Of a stretch of DNA of 64,000 nt, positions 59,752-64,000 are shown one piece after another. Source of the DNA: an uncultured Phycisphaerales bacterium (lineage in GTDB: Bacteria > Planctomycetota > Phycisphaerae > Sedimentisphaerales > Anaerobacaceae). Within the stretch, counting starts at the first letter, position 1, and the number at the start of each line of letters is the position of its first letter. Made by a program: the position numbers and the translations under genes. The stretch lies in assembly GCA_963718665.1 (NCBI GenBank), contig OY970359.1, positions 2,208,001 to 2,272,000 of the forward strand, written 5' to 3'. Under the pieces are notes generated by a model, which was given only the letters and a program-made list of their open reading frames with translations, did no database searches and was not told the DNA's origin.

Positions 59752-61426
59752 TTGACACAAGGGAAGCGTATCGTTCGAGGAGTTTTTGTTCGGCTTGGGC
59801 GGTCCAGATTCCGTTGCTGAGGCAGGCGGCGACGTCGGGTAATTTTTCGGTCATTTTGGCAATCATGGTGAGGGGCAATCCTTTGCAGGCGGGGTAGGCG
59901 ATAATTTTTCCGGCGATGGAGTGGTTTTCGATGGCACGAATTCCATCGCAGACGCCGTTGAGGCCGCAGACGGCAGCGACGGAGATATTGGTATCGAGGA
60001 CACCTGATTCGAGTTTTGCCAGCTCGCGTTTCATATCTTCGAGAACTGAGCCGCTTGTGCCGACGAAATACATTTGTTTTTCGATGTAGGCATCGAGGTT
60101 TATTTTGGCGGTCATTGTGTCAGGGATTCCGGCGAAGATATTGATGATGGCGCGTTTACCTGCGCTGAGGACTGCCGCGGCGGCAAGCTCGGGGGCGGGC
60201 GCCATAATGACGGCGTAGTCGGTGCCTTCGGGCATTTTGTCTTTGACGGGGCTGTATTGTTTATAGGGGACGTTTTTGGCGGCTGCCATTGGTTCGGCGA
60301 TTTTCAAAAGGGTAGCGAGACGGCCATCATCGGAGTCGCCTGCGAATATGCTGACGCCTTCGATGCCGCGGTAGATATTGCGAATGACGTGCATTGTGCC
60401 CATAGGGCCTGCTGCGCCGACGATATTGATTTTGTCGCCTTTTCGGACTTCGCTTGATTGGGGGATGTGTTTCATCGAGTTGGCGGGTTCGTAGTTGATG
60501 GTTCCTGTTATGCGGATTCCCGCATAATGAATGCGGCCTATCGGGACGGCGACGTCTCGTCCGAAACGTTCGCCGCAGAGGACAATATTGAAAAGTCCCT
60601 GCGGGCCGACTTTTGAGAAGAGGGCCTCGACCCTGTCGGGGTTGGCGCCGAGATAAATCACATCGTCGAAACTGGAGTTGGTCAGGCGGGCAATTTCGGG
60701 GCAAAGCTCCATATTAACGCCGGGGACTTCGGGAGGCCTGTATTGTGAGGCCCAGATTACTTTTGCGGGCTGCCCCCATTGTTTGAATAGTTCCGTAAGG
60801 TCATTGGGGGTTACAATTACGTCAGCGACAATGAGCATTGTGTTATCCGGCTCGATGCGCTGGGTTTCGTCGGAGGCATAAGCGTTTTCAACGCAGCCCC
60901 AGGGTTCGATGAGGGCGATTGCTGAGGCGCTGAGCTTTTCAGGCGCGGGAATGAGCATCGAGTTACCCTGCGGGGAGGTGATGACTCTTTCGTCCATAAG
61001 GACGTATTCTTGGAGCGCGCCTTCGAAATTGTAGCCAAAGGCGCTGTTGGATTGGGCGGTGGGGAGCCAGCGATAATCGGTCTCGACGAGGAAACGCTCG
61101 CCCGGTTGGAATTTAGTTACGCCTTTGCCGACCTCTTCGATTCGGACGACGGTTTCGTGGCCCGGAACGGTGGGTTTGTCGGCGGGGACGTAACTGCTGA
61201 TTTCCTGAAGTATGGCGGGGGTGATACCGGATGTTACTTCCGCTTTTCGAGGATGTGCGGCGAATTGCTTGATGAGTTTGAGGTCGCTGAAGCAGAGGCC
61301 GACCGCTTCGACTCTACAGAGGACCTGATGAGGCCCCGGTGTGGTGAGGGGTTTCGATTTGTTGAGGACCAGCTCGTTGGCCGCGACTAACTGCACGGCG
61401 TGTTGCGTCTTTGGCAAGTCCGACAT
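59744..61426 (-). CDS. Zn-dependent medium-chain dehydrogenase, sorbose-1-P reductase-like
   Basis: GLCFSDLK, VPGHE, GYNFEGALQEY, LIEPWGCV, GAAGPMG. Confidence 0.8.
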   Translation of the reverse strand: MSDLPKTQHAVQLVAANELVLNKSKPLTTPGPHQVLCRVEAVGLCFSDLKLIKQFAAHPRKAEVTSGITPAILQEISSYVPADKPTVPGHETVVRIEEVGKGVTKFQPGERFLVETDYRWLPTAQSNSAFGYNFEGALQEYVLMDERVITSPQGNSMLIPAPEKLSASAIALIEPWGCVENAYASDETQRIEPDNTMLIVADVIVTPNDLTELFKQWGQPAKVIWASQYRPPEVPGVNMELCPEIARLTNSSFDDVIYLGANPDRVEALFSKVGPQGLFNIVLCGERFGRDVAVPIGRIHYAGIRITGTINYEPANSMKHIPQSSEVRKGDKINIVGAAGPMGTMHVIRNIYRGIEGVSIFAGDSDDGRLATLLKIAEPMAAAKNVPYKQYSPVKDKMPEGTDYAVIMAPAPELAAAAVLSAGKRAIINIFAGIPDTMTAKINLDAYIEKQMYFVGTSGSVLEDMKRELAKLESGVLDTNISVAAVCGLNGVCDGIRAIENHSIAGKIIAYPACKGLPLTMIAKMTEKLPDVAACLSNGIWTAQAEQKLLERYASLVSNG

Positions 61427-61512
61427 ATTTTTAGTTAAGGCCTTTCAAAAATATCAACCGAATCAACTCAGCAATCGTTAGTTTATATATATTGGTCGAG
61501 TGATGCAATGTC

Positions 61513-62976
61513 TTATCGCTTTTTTATAATATTTTTTTGCGGCGGTGTGTTTTGCGGGCGGTATTGCTTCAGCGTAAACGAGCGGCGGACAAGATGTCTT
61601 GCCTGCGAGATACCGCCTAACTGCCCGGTTGCGCGGGCCTGCATCAGGATGTTGCCTATTGCGGTTGCCTCGACAGGGCCTGCTGTAACAATTTTTCCTG
61701 TGGCGTCAGCGGTGAGCTGGTTGAGCAGGTCATTTTGCGAACCGCCGCCTAAGACGTGCAGGCGGTCGAGCCGATTGCCGGTTACATCTTCGAGCTGATT
61801 TATTGTTTCGGCGTACTTTCGTGCGAGATTTTCGAGAATCGTCCGCACCATTAGACCTTTATCGTCGATGGTTTTTTGTCCAGTTTTTGCGAGGTAATCG
61901 TTTAGCCGATGTGGCATATCGCCGGGTGAGAGAAAACAACTGTTATCGACATCGATGGAAGCGGAAGCGGATTTTGCTTTTGCCGCCAGTTCGGTCAGCT
62001 GGTTGTATGAGAGGTCGATACCCTGTTTTTGCCAGTGTTTTTTACATTCCTGCAGGAGCCAAAGCCCCATTATATTTTTGAGCAGCCGGATTTTGCCATC
62101 GACGCCACCCTCGTTGGTAAAGGGATACGCGAAGGTTTTGTCGTTTATGACGGCAGCTGGGGATTCGACGCCCATCAGGGACCAGGTTCCGCTGGAGAGG
62201 TATGCCCATCTTGTTTTGTCGTCGGCGGGCACGGCGGCGACTGCGCTTGCGGTGTCGTGTGAAGCGACTGCTATAACGGGAATCCGCGGGCAGCCGATTT
62301 CCTTGGCGACTTTTTCCGTCAATGTTCCGATTATCGTCCCCGGCCGTACGACTTCGGGCATAATATCGAGAGGCAGATTCAATTTATGAAAAATTGTTTG
62401 CGACCAAATGCCTGAGCGCATATCCATAAGCTGGCTTGTGCTCGCGAGGGTGTATTCAGCAAAGGCGCTACCAGAAAGAAAGTACGAGACGAGGTCGGCT
62501 ATGAAAATCAGTCGTTTTGCTTTTGCCAGAACCGGCGAACCGGATAATCGCATCGCAAGAAGCTGGTAAACGGTGTTCAACTGCATAAACTGGATGCCGG
62601 TGTGCTCGTAAATTTCTCTTTGAGGCATCAGTCGAAACGCGGCATCAAGCATCCCGTTTGTTCTGCGGTCGCGGTAGTGATAGGGGTTTTCAATGAGGTT
62701 GCCACTGTCGTTGAGAAGGCCGAAGTCAACGCCCCAGCTATCGACACCGATGCTGGCGATACGGGGCGATTCTTTGACAGCTTTACTGATACCGGTTTTG
62801 ACTTCCGATATAAGCCGGGGGAAATCCCAGCGTAAGGACCCATTCTGTTCGACCGGCCCGTTGATGAATCGATGAATTTCCTCGAGACGAATTTTGTCTG
62901 ATGAGATAATTCCCAGCATCACTCGCCCGCTCTCGGCGCCGAGGTCAACCGCTATATATCGCTTTTCGTCTGCCAT
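61513..62976 (-). CDS. rhaB: Rhamnulokinase (FGGY family)
   Basis: AVDLGAESGR, GVDSWGVDFGL, HYRD.RT, SHDTASA, SSGTWSLMG, TNEGG, LKNIMGLW. Confidence 0.92.
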   Translation of the reverse strand: MADEKRYIAVDLGAESGRVMLGIISSDKIRLEEIHRFINGPVEQNGSLRWDFPRLISEVKTGISKAVKESPRIASIGVDSWGVDFGLLNDSGNLIENPYHYRDRRTNGMLDAAFRLMPQREIYEHTGIQFMQLNTVYQLLAMRLSGSPVLAKAKRLIFIADLVSYFLSGSAFAEYTLASTSQLMDMRSGIWSQTIFHKLNLPLDIMPEVVRPGTIIGTLTEKVAKEIGCPRIPVIAVASHDTASAVAAVPADDKTRWAYLSSGTWSLMGVESPAAVINDKTFAYPFTNEGGVDGKIRLLKNIMGLWLLQECKKHWQKQGIDLSYNQLTELAAKAKSASASIDVDNSCFLSPGDMPHRLNDYLAKTGQKTIDDKGLMVRTILENLARKYAETINQLEDVTGNRLDRLHVLGGGSQNDLLNQLTADATGKIVTAGPVEATAIGNILMQARATGQLGGISQARHLVRRSFTLKQYRPQNTPPQKNIIKKR

Positions 62977-62989
62977 AGTTTATGTATTT

Positions 62990-64000
62990 TTAATCTTCAG
63001 GCGGGGCGGTGAGGTTGGATGCCGCTTGAATTCCCGAAGACATTTCCGGGATAATACCGAGTTTGACGTAGATTGGGCGGATATTTTTTCTCATGTCAGG
63101 TATTTTCAGAGCGAATACGGCAGCTCCGAGGACACACGATGAACCGCCGATGGCGAGGGTATAAGGGACGCCGATTTTTTCAGCGAGAATTCCTGCCAAC
63201 AAGCTGCCGAATGGCGTGGCTCCGATAAATGCCATAACATAGAAGCTCATAATGCGGCCTCGTTTGTCGTCATCGACGATAGTTTGTATGATTGTGTTGG
63301 TTGCGGCCATCTGTGTCATCATTCCAAGCCCGATTACGAACATGAGGGGCAGTGCGAGCCAGAGGGTGGTGGAAAATGAGATTAAAATGAGGCCGAACCC
63401 AAAGGCGGCGATGGCCAGAGGGATAAATTTAAGAAGTCCGCGGACAGTTTTTTTGGAGGCGAGGTAAGCCGCGCCGGTCATAGCGCCTATTCCGGCGAAG
63501 CTCATAAGCAGGCCGAAAGTGCCGGGGCCGCCGTGCAGCATTTTGTCCGCGAATACAGGCATAAGCACGTTGTAGGACATTCCCACCAAGCTCACAAGCG
63601 CGAGCAACAGGATGAGATATTTCAGGGGCGTGAAGCCGGAGACGTGGGCGAAGCCCTCTTTGAATTCGAGCAGAACGTGTTTTCTGGCCGGGTGTGTTTT
63701 TGCGGGAGTTATTTTCATCATTAGCAGGGAGGCGATGACGAAGATGAAGCTGACGGCATTAATGGCGAAACATACACCCTCGCTGGAGGCGGCGATGATT
63801 AGACCAGCGATGGCCGGGCCTATGAGGCGTGCGCTATTGAACATCATAGAATTCAGGGCGATGGCATTGCTGAGGTCTTTTTTGTTTTCCACCAGAGAAA
63901 TGACGAAGGATTGGCGCGTGGGCATATCGAAGGCGTTGATAAGGCCGAGAAAGACGGCGAGAAGAATAATATTCGGGATACCGAGGTGTCCTGTGAAGAA
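62990..64000 (-). CDS. MFS transporter; 5' end outside window
   Basis: Frame open to 64000; AFDMPTRQSFV, NAIALNS, ARLIGPAIAG, RGRIMSFY. Confidence 0.92.
   Translation of the reverse strand, partial: FFTGHLGIPNIILLAVFLGLINAFDMPTRQSFVISLVENKKDLSNAIALNSMMFNSARLIGPAIAGLIIAASSEGVCFAINAVSFIFVIASLLMMKITPAKTHPARKHVLLEFKEGFAHVSGFTPLKYLILLLALVSLVGMSYNVLMPVFADKMLHGGPGTFGLLMSFAGIGAMTGAAYLASKKTVRGLLKFIPLAIAAFGFGLILISFSTTLWLALPLMFVIGLGMMTQMAATNTIIQTIVDDDKRGRIMSFYVMAFIGATPFGSLLAGILAEKIGVPYTLAIGGSSCVLGAAVFALKIPDMRKNIRPIYVKLGIIPEMSSGIQAASNLTAPPED

Overview
This is a 64-kb bacterial chromosome segment. Gene content suggests Planctomycetota, probably Phycisphaerae/Sedimentisphaerales (inference). The housekeeping and carbohydrate backbone includes obgE, rpmA, pgi, manC, ruvX, mgtE, rnc, a cold-shock gene, GT4+GH57, pilT and a rhaB cluster. 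It is interrupted by visibly AT-richer accessory blocks: a PHP-ATPase fusion (Ppl/TrlF-like), a HAD-phosphatase/multi-TM fusion, a degenerate D5 primase plus HEPN/MNT pair lying between two near-identical nucleotide-sugar dehydrogenase genes, and a decayed Fic/nuclease/TdeIII-like islet. Highlights: (1) a stand-alone 61-aa bacterial histone-fold gene; (2) a TPR / 51-cysteine secreted protein / exported-protein operon; (3) three tandem TMTC-like GT-C+TPR genes; (4) short palindromic repeat families inserted in frame into proteins, demonstrable in one case by comparing paralogs; (5) two HNH-AP2 genes sharing a conserved leader motif; (6) a recurrent 9-7-9 dyad DNA motif; (7) a 1-nt frameshift in rnc. 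No rRNA, complete tRNA, CRISPR array, transposase or integrase was seen. All protein calls come from motif recognition by eye, not database searches.
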